A stretch of 64,000 bases of DNA from an uncultured Phycisphaerae bacterium (GTDB lineage: Bacteria > Planctomycetota > Phycisphaerae > UBA1845 > JANYLN01): NCBI GenBank assembly GCA_963767465.1, contig CAVYDW010000003.1, forward strand, positions 848,116 to 912,115, given 5' to 3'. This document shows, piece after piece, positions 10,824 to 21,563 of the stretch. Within the stretch, counting starts at the first letter, position 1. The number at the start of each line of letters is the position of its first letter. Made by a program: the position numbers and the translations under genes. Below the pieces are notes generated by a model. That model was not told the origin of the DNA. It saw only the letters and a list, made by a program, of their open reading frames with translations, and did no database searches.

Positions 10824-11852
10824 ATGAAAGCCCTCCTGGCTGACAGACCCGGCAGACTGGCGGCGGTCGAGATCCCCGAACCTCTACCCGGACCCAACGA
10901 GGCCCTCGTCGAGGTCCGCTACGTCGGCGTGTGCGGCAGCGACATGCACGCCTACAGGGGGTCGCACCCCTTTGTGACCTACCCGCGAGTGCTCGGGCAT
11001 GAGATCAGCGGGGTGCTGGCTGCGCTACCGAACGATCGAACTATGGTTCCCGCGGGCATTGCAGTTGGCGACCCGGTCGTCGTCGAGCCCTATATCAATT
11101 GCGGCGCATGCCACATGTGTCGCGCGGGCCGTCCCAACGCCTGCCTGGAACTGAAGGTGCTGGGCGTACACATCGACGGGGCCATGACGCAGCGGATCGC
11201 CGTGCGGGCTGACAAGCTCTACCGCGTGCCGGCCGGGCTGTCGCTGCGGGACGCCGCGCTGGGCGAGCCGCTGGGCATCGGCTTTCACGCGGTCCGCCGC
11301 GGGCGCATCCAGGAAGGCCAGACGGTGTTTGTCATCGGCAGCGGCACGATCGGGCGGTCGGTACTGGCCGGGGCGAGACATGCCGGCGCCCGCGTGGCCA
11401 TCAGCGAGTCGATCGAGGCGCGGATCGAGGCGGCCCGGCGCCTCGGCGCGGACCTGGCCCTGGATGCCGCCGATCCTGCCCGGATGTGCCGGGCCCTGCT
11501 GGACTGGACAGCCGGCAAGGGACCCGACGTCGTGGTCGAGGCAGTCGGCATTCCCGAGACGATCCAACAGGCCTTCGACGTGGCCGCGCCCGGCGGGGCC
11601 GTGGTGCTGGTGGGCATGAGCAACCTGCCCGTGCCGCTGGTGACCAAGCCGATCATGGCCAAGGAACTGAACGTCTACGCGTCGCGCAACAGCACCACCG
11701 TGCTGGGTCCCCTGCTGACTGCCCTGGCGGATCGGCGCATCGACGCCGGTGCGTTCATCAGCCACGAGATCGATCTGGCGGACGCGGCGACGATCATCCC
11801 CGACATGTGCGAGAAGCCCGAGCGGTACCTGAAGGTGCTCGTGCGATTGTGA
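10824..11852 (+). CDS. Zinc-binding sugar/sugar-acid dehydrogenase (MDR family)
   Basis: GVCGSD, GHE, CGACHMCRAGRPNAC, GSGTIG. Confidence 0.9.
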   Translation: MKALLADRPGRLAAVEIPEPLPGPNEALVEVRYVGVCGSDMHAYRGSHPFVTYPRVLGHEISGVLAALPNDRTMVPAGIAVGDPVVVEPYINCGACHMCRAGRPNACLELKVLGVHIDGAMTQRIAVRADKLYRVPAGLSLRDAALGEPLGIGFHAVRRGRIQEGQTVFVIGSGTIGRSVLAGARHAGARVAISESIEARIEAARRLGADLALDAADPARMCRALLDWTAGKGPDVVVEAVGIPETIQQAFDVAAPGGAVVLVGMSNLPVPLVTKPIMAKELNVYASRNSTTVLGPLLTALADRRIDAGAFISHEIDLADAATIIPDMCEKPERYLKVLVRL

Positions 11853-11967
11853 CGGGGGTTCCAGTCGGACCTCGCGGGAAGACACATGGCCTTCCGCCAG
11901 GCCGCTGGCGGCAGGACCATGCTGCCCGGCCCTGCCGCACGAGATTCAGTGACAGCACGTAAGGACC

Positions 11968-13872
11968 TCAGTTGCGCAGCGGCTGGACGACTCGCGCGGG
12001 CGCACCGCCGGCTGCGCTCGGCGCCATCTTCGCTTCCTGCCGGATGAGCTTGCGATCCTGGCGCCACCAGTGCTGGAGGATCTCGTCGAACGCCGGCGGC
12101 TGGCTGGCGCTGGACCACTCCTTGAAGACGTCGGCGTCGCTGCTGCGAGGGGTGCGCGGCGGCAGGTCGATCAGGGTCCGCAGCGGCATCAGCACCGAAT
12201 CGCCGATGACGAAGCCCTCGCCGCAGGCCAGGATCGGAAGCATGTTGACCATCGCCGCGAACTGGTCGGATACCACTTTGGTCACGTAGTGCTGGTCGTC
12301 CGGGTTGTTCAGGCGCATCACGATCATGTTGTTGCACTGGCTCAGAACTGTCTCGGACAGCTCGCTCGGACGCTGTGAGACGATCACGGCCGAGACGCCG
12401 TACTTGCGGCCTTCCTTGGCCACGCGCTCGACCGCGGTACGGGCGAAGGAGAAACCGGTGCTGGCCCGCGGAATGTAGTTATGCGCCTCCTCGTACACCA
12501 GGACGATCGGCTTGCGCTGGGCGGTCGGGGTCCAGAAGTTGAAGTCGAACAGCAACCGCGTCAGCACGGCCACCGTCACGTCGATCATGTCGAACGGCAC
12601 GCCCGAGAGGTCCACGATCGTCAGGTTCGTCCGTCGCTTCAGCCTCCCCGTCAGCAGTCGCAGCATGTACCCCAGAACCTTCGAGGCGTCCGCGCCGTCC
12701 TGGCCCTCCTCCAGAACGTCGCCAAAGTGCCGGCTGCGCTGGGCCTGCTTGACCGGCCGCAGCAGGAAGTCGTACCGGTGGTCGTTGAGCCGCGTTTCGA
12801 TCGCGTTGACCAGGCCCAGCAGCTTCCCGAAGTACAGCGGGTGCGGCATCTCGCCTTCGGCCTGGCCCCGGTTGAAGTCGCACCGTTGCTCCCAGAGCAG
12901 CTCGTGTTGCTCCCGGGGATTGCGGGATCGAAGGGCCAGCTTCGCCAGTGCCAGTTGGTCGCTGTTGACGATGTAGCGGGCCTCGTTGAAGTTCTGGGCC
13001 GCCGCCAGCAGCCTCTGCAGGTCGAAGTAGATCGGCGAATCGACCGAGAATACGCTGGACAGCCCCAGCTGCTCGGCTGTGGGGGCCTTGAGTTTCTGCA
13101 GGCCCGTCTTGAGGAACGAGATCTGGCTGGAGATGTTCAGCGGGTTGTTCTTGTCGACCAGCAGCGTCTCCAGCTCGTCGTATTTGAGCAGCCAGTACGG
13201 CAGGATCATGTCCTGCTCACCGAGATAGGTGACGTTTGGGTCCAGGTGCCCCTGGTCGTCGCTGAAGGCCGTCGTGTACTCCCCGTGCAGGTCGAAGAGC
13301 ACGATCTGCGACTCCGGCAGCTTCAGCGATTCGTAGATCACCTTGGCTGTCGTGCAGCTCTTGCCCGAGCCGCTGTTGCCCAGGATCGCCGCGTGCTTGC
13401 TGAAGAACTCCTTGCCCAGGACGTGGACTTGGAAGTCCGGATTCATCGCGAAGCTGCCCAGGTGGAATGAGCGCCGCGCCCGGCCCGGCTCGGTGCTGCC
13501 CTCGGCCATCGTATCGAAGATGGCGGCGAAATCGTCCTGGACCGCCACATGGACCTCGTCGCCGATGGTCGGGTACCGGCGGACGCCGCGCGTGAAACGG
13601 CCCTTCCAGATCGCCCCGAGCAGCTGCACGTCCAGCATGTTCTGCGGCTTGATGTCGGTGACGACAACGTCCTCGCGGCCGACCCCGGTGATGAAGCCCA
13701 CCAGCCGCTCGCCCTTGTCCATCGGGATGATGACGTAGCCGCCGAGCTGGCCGATGCGGTACTTGACGCCCTTATACTCGAGCGTTCCGTGGCGGGTGGA
13801 AAGCAGGGCGGTCAGTGCCCCGCCGTTGACCTTGCAGACGTAGCCGATCTTCAGGGACAGTTCTTCCGGCAT
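11968..13872 (-). CDS. HerA-like / DUF87 ATPase with N-terminal HAS barrel
   Basis: Walker A GNSGSGKS, LFDLHGEY, Walker B VYEEAH, KEGRKYGV, SQRPSEL. Confidence 0.88.
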   Translation of the reverse strand: MPEELSLKIGYVCKVNGGALTALLSTRHGTLEYKGVKYRIGQLGGYVIIPMDKGERLVGFITGVGREDVVVTDIKPQNMLDVQLLGAIWKGRFTRGVRRYPTIGDEVHVAVQDDFAAIFDTMAEGSTEPGRARRSFHLGSFAMNPDFQVHVLGKEFFSKHAAILGNSGSGKSCTTAKVIYESLKLPESQIVLFDLHGEYTTAFSDDQGHLDPNVTYLGEQDMILPYWLLKYDELETLLVDKNNPLNISSQISFLKTGLQKLKAPTAEQLGLSSVFSVDSPIYFDLQRLLAAAQNFNEARYIVNSDQLALAKLALRSRNPREQHELLWEQRCDFNRGQAEGEMPHPLYFGKLLGLVNAIETRLNDHRYDFLLRPVKQAQRSRHFGDVLEEGQDGADASKVLGYMLRLLTGRLKRRTNLTIVDLSGVPFDMIDVTVAVLTRLLFDFNFWTPTAQRKPIVLVYEEAHNYIPRASTGFSFARTAVERVAKEGRKYGVSAVIVSQRPSELSETVLSQCNNMIVMRLNNPDDQHYVTKVVSDQFAAMVNMLPILACGEGFVIGDSVLMPLRTLIDLPPRTPRSSDADVFKEWSSASQPPAFDEILQHWWRQDRKLIRQEAKMAPSAAGGAPARVVQPLRN

Positions 13873-14189
13873 CGTGCAACTCCGCTTGGGCGGCCCCCGC
13901 GCACCGGCACCGGATCACAGCCGGGACCGATAACCATGGCAGGCATGCGCGCGAGCCGTCTGCATTGTTCATCGATAACAATGGCGGCGGGGTCAAGCTT
14001 AGCGTGTACAGCGGCTAATAATACGCTTCCTGCTTGACTGCTGTATCCCCGGTGTGACCCGTTACAGGCTCTACACCATGGTAGCAAAAAGCGGTGCCTC
14101 CCGACATGGGAGGCAGCGCTCTGGAATTCCTGGCATATCGTTATGGGTGTCAGTATCTGGCCGGTCGCCGGTCTTGGAGCGGCGAAGTT

Positions 14190-14561
14190 CTACACCGCGA
14201 CGGCGACCTTGACGTGCTGCCTGGCCATCTCGACGAGCTTGTCGAATGCGGTCGGCTCGTGGATCGCCAGCTCGCTGAGCATCTTGCGGTTGATCAGGAC
14301 CTGCGCCTTCTTCAGCCCGCCCATGAACTGGCTGTAGGTCAGGCCGCGGGCGTGGCAGGCCGCCGACACCCGCGCAATCCACAAGTACCGGAACTCGCGC
14401 TTGCGGAGGCGCCGATGCCGGTAGGCGTACACTCCCGCCCGGCGGACCGCTTCCTTGGCGACGCGGAACTGGATCGACCGCTGACCGTAGTACCCGCTGG
14501 CGGCCTTCAGGGTCCTTTTGTGACGCTGACGTCTGGCTGCACCGACTCTTGCACGTGGCAT
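14190..14561 (-). CDS. rplT: 50S ribosomal protein L20
   Basis: GYYGQRS, YAYRHRRLRKREFRYLWIARV, INRKMLSELA. Confidence 0.98.
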   Translation of the reverse strand: MPRARVGAARRQRHKRTLKAASGYYGQRSIQFRVAKEAVRRAGVYAYRHRRLRKREFRYLWIARVSAACHARGLTYSQFMGGLKKAQVLINRKMLSELAIHEPTAFDKLVEMARQHVKVAVAV

Positions 14562-14616
14562 GACTCAAACCTCTTGGGCGGCGTGTCCCGGCCCCGCTAT
14601 CATCTTTCCCGGCCGA

Positions 14617-14814
14617 TTACAGTTCCACGAGTTTCCGCTTGAACGTGTAGGCATAGCGGCCCTTGACGATCAGCGAGCCGCGGAGACGCCGGCAATGCTC
14701 GCCGGTCTTACTGCTGAGCAGGTGGCCGTGGCCGGCCTTGCGGGCCTTGACCTTGCCGGTGGCGGTCACCTTCACCCGCTTCTGCAACGCTTTGGACCGT
14801 TTCATCTTGGGCAT
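14617..14814 (-). CDS. rpmI: 50S ribosomal protein L35
   Basis: MPKMK..KRVKVTATGKV..HLLSSK; position between infC and rplT. Confidence 0.97.
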   Translation of the reverse strand: MPKMKRSKALQKRVKVTATGKVKARKAGHGHLLSSKTGEHCRRLRGSLIVKGRYAYTFKRKLVEL

Positions 14815-14988
14815 CGTACACTACCTCGCGGTAATCGGGTCTAAACGAAACGAAGACCCGTATGATAGCCAAGCCCGGACCTGTTAGCAAGTGCCGCCAG
14901 GCGCCTTGGCATGACAATCGACCGGACCGGCCGAATCGGCCGGCGATACATCCCCGACAGGAGGGGTCGTCCTGAAGCTGGTGCCGCC

Positions 14989-15684
14989 TCAGCCGGGCTG
15001 GCTGGCCGGGGCCGCACTCGGCGCCGGGACTGGCGAAGGGGTCGCAGGTACTGCCGCCATCGGAACCTGGTCCGGCGCCGGCGTCGCGGCCTGGGTGGCC
15101 CCGTTGGCCTGCACCGGAGCAGCCGCCGTCGCGGGTCGAGGCTGGGCCGGGGCAACTGCCGGCTTATTGGCGCCGGGGGCCTTGCCCGGGACGATCACCA
15201 TCGTGATCCGCCGGCCTTCGGCACGGGCCGGACGCTCGATGTGGCTGCAGTCAGCCAGCCCATCGGCGATCTGCCGCATGCTCGCCAGGGCCATGTCGGT
15301 ATGGAACCGTTCGCGGCCGCGCATCATCATCGTGAACTGGACGCGGTCTCCGCGTTTGAGGAACTCCTTGGCCTTCTTGACCTTGACCTGCAGGTCGTGA
15401 TCGTCCGTGTTGGGCCGCAGGCGGAGTTCCTTGAGCTGCTGCTCGTGCACGTGCTTCTTCTGCTTCTTGTTCTGGCGATACTTCTGCTTGCCGAAGTCCA
15501 TGATCTTGCAGACCGGTGGACGTTCGGTCGGGGCGACCTCGACCAGGTCCATCTCCACCTCGCGGGCCATCCGCAGGGCCTCGAGGGTGGCTACCACCCC
15601 CACCTGGTTGTTCTCATGGTCGATCAGGCGGACTTGCGGCACTCGGATCCGTTCGTTGATCCTGACTTGCTGTTCGATAGCGAT
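14989..15684 (-). CDS. infC: Translation initiation factor IF-3, probable ATC start, Pro/Ala-rich C-terminal tail
   Basis: RINERIRVPQVRLID, DLVEVAP..PPVCKIMDFGK, RGRE; AAGGAG RBS 9 nt before in-frame ATC at 15684. Confidence 0.95.
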   Translation of the reverse strand: MAIEQQVRINERIRVPQVRLIDHENNQVGVVATLEALRMAREVEMDLVEVAPTERPPVCKIMDFGKQKYRQNKKQKKHVHEQQLKELRLRPNTDDHDLQVKVKKAKEFLKRGDRVQFTMMMRGRERFHTDMALASMRQIADGLADCSHIERPARAEGRRITMVIVPGKAPGANKPAVAPAQPRPATAAAPVQANGATQAATPAPDQVPMAAVPATPSPVPAPSAAPASQPG

Positions 15685-15831
15685 GTTTGCACTCTCCTTC
15701 TTTATGGCCAGACCGGCCCGGACGCTGCCCGCGCCACGTGCACACGCACGTCTATTCTCCCTGCACGGGTTCGGCCCGGCTGTCTGATAATACCAGGGAA
15801 TCGCAACTTGCGAATGGTAATCTCGCCGAAA

Positions 15832-17873
15832 TCAGGCGACACCTCGCTGACGAGTCTCCGATAGGCACTGTTCGACGAACTGTTCGAGGCCCACCGGGCC
15901 CTTCTGGCCCTGGGTGCGGTGGCGGACGTTCACTGAGCCGGCCGCCGCCTCCTGTTCGCCGATTATCAGTATATACGGCACCTTTTCGAGTGTGACTGAC
16001 CGGATTTTCGCACCGATCTTCTCGGCGCCGCTGTCCAGGCTCACCCGAATACCGACATCGCGCAGGCGATTATATACCCGCAAGGCGAATTCGTTCGATT
16101 TCTCGCTGATCGTCGCCACACGCACCTGTTCGGGCGCAAGCCACAGCGGAAACGCCCCCGCAAAATGCTCGATCAGCAGTCCCACGAACCGCTCCATCGA
16201 GCCGAATGGGGCCCGGTGTATCATCACCGGCCGATGCGGCGGCATTGTCGGCCCCGATATACTCTAGACCAAACCGCTCGGGGAGGTTGTAGTCCACCTG
16301 GACGGTGCCGAGCTGCCACTCCCGGCCGATGCAGTCCCTGACCACGAAGTCGATCTTGGGACCGTAGAAGGCGGCCTCGCCCTTCTCCATGGTAAAGGGC
16401 ACGCCGAGGGTCTCGGCGGCCTGGCGGCAGGCGGCCTCGGCTTTCTCCCAGCGGTCGGGCGAGCCGACGTACTTGTCACTGTCCGGGTCGCGCAGCCCCA
16501 CCCGGACGCGATACTGGTCCATGCCCAGCGTGCCCAGCACGATCTTGACCAACTCCAGGCATCCCTGGACCTCCCGCGGCAACTGCTCCTCAGTGCAGAA
16601 CAGGTGCGCATCGTCCTGGGTGAAGCCGCGAACCCGGGTCATCCCGCCCAGTTCGCCGGACTTCTCCCAGCGGTAGACCGTCCCGAACTCCGCCAGCCGC
16701 ATCGGCAGGTCGCGGTAGCTGTGCCGGTCCGACGCGTAGATCTTGATGTGGTGCGGGCAGTTCATCGGCTTCAACAGATAGCCGTCGATTTCGCCCGACT
16801 GCATCCTGTTGGCCAGCTCGGCGCAGCCACAACCTTCCTTGGCCAGTTCCTCGATGTACTCCTGGTCGATCAGCGGGGGGAACTGGCTCTCGCGGTAATA
16901 CGGATAGTGGCCGCTGGTCTTGTAGAGCACCAGCCGGCCGATGTGCGGCGTGAAGACTTGGCTGTAGCCCTGGCGACGAAGGTGCTCGCTGATGAAGTTC
17001 TGCAGCTCCTGCCGGACGATCGAGCCCTTGGGCTTCCACAGGACCAGGCCCTGGCCGACGCTTTCGTCGATGGTGAACAGCCCGAGCTGCGGGCCGAGCA
17101 CGCGGTGGTCGCGCTTCTTGGCCTCATCGAGCTGATGGAGGTAGGCCTTCAGGTCGTCGCGGCTGGGCCAGGCGGTGCCGTAGACCCGCTGGAGCATCTT
17201 GTTAGACGCGTCGCCGCGGTAGTAGGCGCCGCTGACCTGCAGGACCTTGAATGCCTGAATGTAGCCGGTGCTGGGCACGTGCGGCCCGCGGCAGAGGTCC
17301 TCGAAGTCCTTGCCGGGCTCGCCCGTGGCGTAGAAGCTCAGGACCTCGCCCTCGGCCCGCCGGGCGTTGTCGACCTTGTAGGGATTGCCCTCGGCCTGCA
17401 GCCTGGCCATCGCCTGGTCCGCGCGATACCTCGTGCCGCCGGAACGGCTTGTTGGCCTTAACGATCTCCGCCATCTTCTCCTCGATGGCCTTGAAGTCCT
17501 CCGTGGAAAGCGGCTTGTCCAGATCGATGTCGTAGTAGAACCCGTTGTCCACCGGCGGGCCATAGACCAGCTTGGTCTGCGGCCAGAGGGCGCAGATCGC
17601 CTCAGCCATGACGTGGGCCGCGCTGTGCCGGATCACGTGCAGGGCGTCGGCATTGTCGGCCTTGGGCAGGAGGAAATCAGTCGTGCCGCCAGTGGGCTGG
17701 ACCGGCCGATCCAGATCGACGACCTGATCGCCAACCTTCACGGCGATCGCCTTGCGCGCAAGCTTGGGGTCGACCTTCTCAGCCAGCTGGCGATAGGTGG
17801 TTCCGGCGGGCACCTCGAGACTGCGGCCATCGATCAGGGTCACGCTCAATTGCTGATTCAAAGGTTCACTCAC
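15832..17873 (-). CDS. thrS: Threonine--tRNA ligase (frameshifts near 17430 and 16245)
   Basis: TGS domain, RHSAAHVMA, DLCRGPHV, KPMNCPHH, RVRGFTQDDAH, AFYGPKID, IHRAPFGSMERF. Confidence 0.97.
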
Positions 17874-18157
17874 CAAAAGGGGTTTCCACCAATGATTATC
17901 ACTCATCCTAAGACATTGCCAAACACATATCAAACCAGAGAAGGCGCTTTGGAGCAAGCATCTTTTCCGGGACGCTGCGGCCCGGGGGTCGGGCCCGGCA
18001 GACTTCGCCGGTCCCGAATCGAGCGAAGGCCCTGCGGCACAACGGCCTATCGACCCGGACCCGGACTGCCTTGGCGCGGCTGCGTACACCTTCCGGCACA
18101 GCCCGGCTTACGGGGTCACCGGGATGTGAAAAGCCCACGCTAACCCTGCCTGGCCGA

Positions 18158-18185
18158 TTGACCTGGATTCGCGCAACTTTATAAT
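18158..18185 (+). promoter_or_regulatory. Sigma70-like promoter TTGACC-N16-TATAAT
   Basis: Near-consensus hexamers upstream of the HEAT-repeat gene. Confidence 0.6.
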
Positions 18186-18306
18186 GCCGACCAGAGTTAT
18201 GAGTTTTCAGCGGCCGGGGCACCCGCGCCGGATGCCGCTGCTGCAACAGGACACTGGCCAGGGCACCCCCCGTGCCGTGGCTGCGGCTGGCAGGAGGTCT
18301 GCTTGT

Positions 18307-20749
18307 ATGAGCGCATTGGCGAGGGTTTCCCGTCTGGCGGTGGTGGCGGCGGCCGCAACGATGCTCACCCAGGTTTGCATGGCCCAGACCCCCATGGTTG
18401 GCCAGAACGACCAGGCCTGGTCGGCCTGGACCAAGGCGATGGAGGCCATCAACAAGGATGACTACAAGCAGGCCGACGAAGTGCTCGCCCAAGTGGCCCA
18501 GAAGAACCTCTCGCCCCTGCGGCTGGCCCTGATGGCCGATCGGACCGGCACCTTCCAGATGGCCCAGGCCCTGGCTGACAACAAACTCGGCGACAATGCC
18601 AAGGCCGTGATGACCCAGATCGAGCAGGGCCGCACCCAGCGGGCCCGGGCCGAGGACGGCTGGCACTACGCCGCCATCGGCCAGTTCGGCTTCGCCAAGA
18701 GCAACTTCGTGTCGCTCATCAAGTCCGACCCCGACCCGGTCGCCGTCCTGGAACTGGCCGGGTATAACCCCCACCGCGAGACGATCCTGCTGCAGCTGAT
18801 GGACCGCGAGGACATCGGACCGGCTGTCGCCGACATGCTGAAACTGCTCAAAGAGGGCCGCTTCCGCCTGCGGACAGACCCCCAGCAGATCGTCGCCAAC
18901 ATCAAGAAGCTCGGCGGCAACGCCCGCGAACGCGTGACGGCCATTACACAACTCAAGCAGTCCGGCGAGTGGGCGGCTCCTTTCATGATCGACGTGCTGC
19001 TGGATCCCGCGCAGCAGAACCTCCATATCCATGTGCTCAACGCCCTGGCCGAGATCGGCAAGCCGGCCGTCACGCCCTTGGCGGTCTCGCTGGCCATGGA
19101 CAACAACGCGGTCAAGGTCTTCGTGGTCCGGGCCCTGGGCAAGATCGGCTACCCGCACGCCGTGCCCTACCTCAAGCAGCTCATCGAGAACAAGGACACG
19201 CCTGAGCAGGTCCGCACCGAGGCCGTCTCCGCCATCGCCCAGATCGAGCAGACCAGCGGGAAGAAGTCGGCGGCCTCGGCGGCCGAGGGCTTCCTGGCCC
19301 TGGGCGACGCCTACTACTACGACCACGGATCGCTGATGAATGAGCCGGACGCGCCGGTCGTCAACATCTCGGTTCTGGCGCGAGGGCAAGCTCTCCAGCA
19401 CGCAAGTCCCGCCAAAGATCTTCAACGAGCTGATGGCCATGCGCAGCAGCGAGTCGGCCCTGCACCTTAACAGCGACCTGGTCGAGGCCGTGGCCCTGTG
19501 GCTGGCCGCCAACTTCCGCCGCGAGGCACACCTGGGTGTGGCCGACGTGGCCAGCGAGGCGGTCGATCCGGCTACCGCGCAGGACCCCACACGGCCCAAC
19601 GGCTACCCGCGGGCGATCTACTTCGCCCGTGCGGCCGGGGCGCGCTACAACCACCTGGTGCTGGCCCGCGGCCTCAGGGACGCCGATCCGGCTGTGATCC
19701 TGGGCGGACTGGCGGCGCTGCGTGACACGGCTGGGGCCGCCAACCTCATCGGCACCGAGGACTACAAGCAGCCGCTGGTGCAGGCACTGACCTTCCCGAA
19801 CCTCATCGTGCGGATCAAGGCGGCTCTCGTGCTGGGCAATGCCCTGCCGACCAAGGAGTTCGCCGGGGCGGGCAACGTCGTGCCGGCCCTGTCGGAGGCC
19901 CTGGCCCAGACGGGCGAGAAGCACGCCGTGGTCGTCGAGCCGGATGAGGCCAACCGCAGCCGCGTCGTCGGCATCCTCCGCCAGGCCGGTTTCGCGGTGG
20001 TCACCGGCGGCGAGTTCTACGCCACCCTGGACGATGCCCGCAAGAACACGCCCAGCCTGGACCTCGTGGTCATCGCCAGCAGTATGAAGGAGCCCGCCTT
20101 CAACATCGCCCTCAACGATCTCCGCAAGGACTACCTGTTCGCTTCGGCCACCACCGTGCTGCTGGTCAGCCCGGCTGACGAGGATGTCGTCCGCCCGCTG
20201 CTGCACCTGGATTCGCGGATCGGCGGCGTTCCGGCCAATGCGACCGCCGAGCAACTGCTGGCTGAGTACGACCGCGTGCGGCGGCAGGTCGGCGCGCTCC
20301 CGCTGGACAAGGCGACGGCGCTGGACCTGGCCAAACAGGCGGCTGAATCCCTCCGCATGGTCGCCCTGACCAACAACAAGGTCTACAACTTCCGCCAGGC
20401 GCAGGTGGCGCTGATCAAGGCCCTCAAGCACCCCGAGGAGGCCCTGCGGGTGACCGCAGCCGACGTGCTCGCGGCCTCCGAGGCGCCAGAGGCCCAGATG
20501 GCGGTAGCCGAGCTGGCGCTCGATGAGAGTCAGGCCAAGCCCGTGCGGCTGCGGGTGTTCGCCGCCCTGGCCACCAGCGCCAAGGCCCACGGTAATCTGC
20601 TGAAGGACGATGTGCGGGACCAGGTGGCCGCGGCTGCTACGCAGGACAAGGACCTGGAGATCCGCACGGCCGCCAGCCAGGCGCTGGGCGCGTTGAACCT
20701 GCCTAGCAACCAGGCGAGCAAGATCATCCAGGCGCAGGCGATGAAGTAG
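18307..20749 (+). CDS. Exported HEAT-repeat protein with embedded receiver-like domain (frameshift near 19370)
   Basis: Signal-peptide-like N-terminus; HEAT units VVRALGKIG, IRTAASQALG; AVVVEPDEANRSRVVGILRQAGFAV..LDLVVI segment. Confidence 0.7.
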
Positions 20750-20794
20750 GCGGTATCCGGACGGGCGCAACGTCCGAAGACCACACACTCCACA

Positions 20795-20830
20795 GGGCGG
20801 CACGGGTGATCCGTGCCGCCCTTTCCTCTT
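20795..20830 (+). terminator. Rho-independent terminator
   Basis: GGGCGGCACGG-gtgat-CCGTGCCGCCC followed by TTTCCTCTT. Confidence 0.7.
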
Positions 20831-21041
20831 GGGCGACCTGCGGGGAAGGGCGTCTGCAAAACGTCGGCAAGAGAACCCAATCACACCGTAAAGTGTCAAC
20901 GTTACCAAGCCGATGACCCCATCATGTTTGCCCTGACAAGGGGCCTTCCTAGGAATGCTTTGTATTGCGGGCAACGCCAGGAAGGGAACTCGTGGTTGGG
21001 GTATGTATCAAGGGTTCATTGGTTCTGGAAAGGGGTAACCC

Positions 21042-21521
21042 ATGAGATTGCTGACAGTGACAGCCATTGCATTGATCGGGATCGCGTGCGGGATCGTGAG
21101 CGCCGAAGACAAGTCAAGTCCTGGGAACCTCAAAGATGCGATGACGATGATGAAAGAGAAGGCGACCGCACTTGGAGCACCCAAGGCAGAAGGCGTCTCC
21201 TTGTTCTTCGGCACCACCAAGCTCAACGGGAACTATGAGATTGTCGACGCAGTCAAAGAGAAGCACAAGGCCGTGGCGACCTTCTTTGTAAAGAAGGACG
21301 ACAGTTTCATACGCGTGAGTACCAACGTGCAAAAAGAGGGGAACCGGGCTGTCGGCACGAAACTGGACCCGGCGGGCAAGCCCTACGCCGCAGTGCTCAA
21401 GGGGGAGAGCTATGAAGGCGAAGCGGAGATCCTCGGCGGCAAGTATGACACGGTTTACACCCCCATCAAGAATGATAAGAACGAGGTCGTAGGCGTGTAT
21501 TTCGTGGGGATTGCGAAATAG
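21042..21521 (+). CDS. Stand-alone periplasmic Cache_3-Cache_2-type domain protein
   Basis: Signal peptide; ATFFVK..FIRVSTNV..GNRAVGTKL..GESYEGEAEILG..YDTVYTPI..VVGVYFVG. Confidence 0.8.
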   Translation: MRLLTVTAIALIGIACGIVSAEDKSSPGNLKDAMTMMKEKATALGAPKAEGVSLFFGTTKLNGNYEIVDAVKEKHKAVATFFVKKDDSFIRVSTNVQKEGNRAVGTKLDPAGKPYAAVLKGESYEGEAEILGGKYDTVYTPIKNDKNEVVGVYFVGIAK

Positions 21522-21563
21522 CGTCACGGAACGGTTTCTCACGGTCTTGGTAGGGAACACGCT

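Noticed and set aside
15832-17873. thrS (and leuS) as pseudogenes or programmed frameshifts
   Set aside because: Essential genes with intact motifs and no consistent slippery signals; assembly indels are more likely.
17908-20974. Long antisense ORFs (563 and 537 aa) and similar shadow ORFs elsewhere
   Set aside because: Expected opposite high-GC3 genes; the recognisable proteins are on the other strand.
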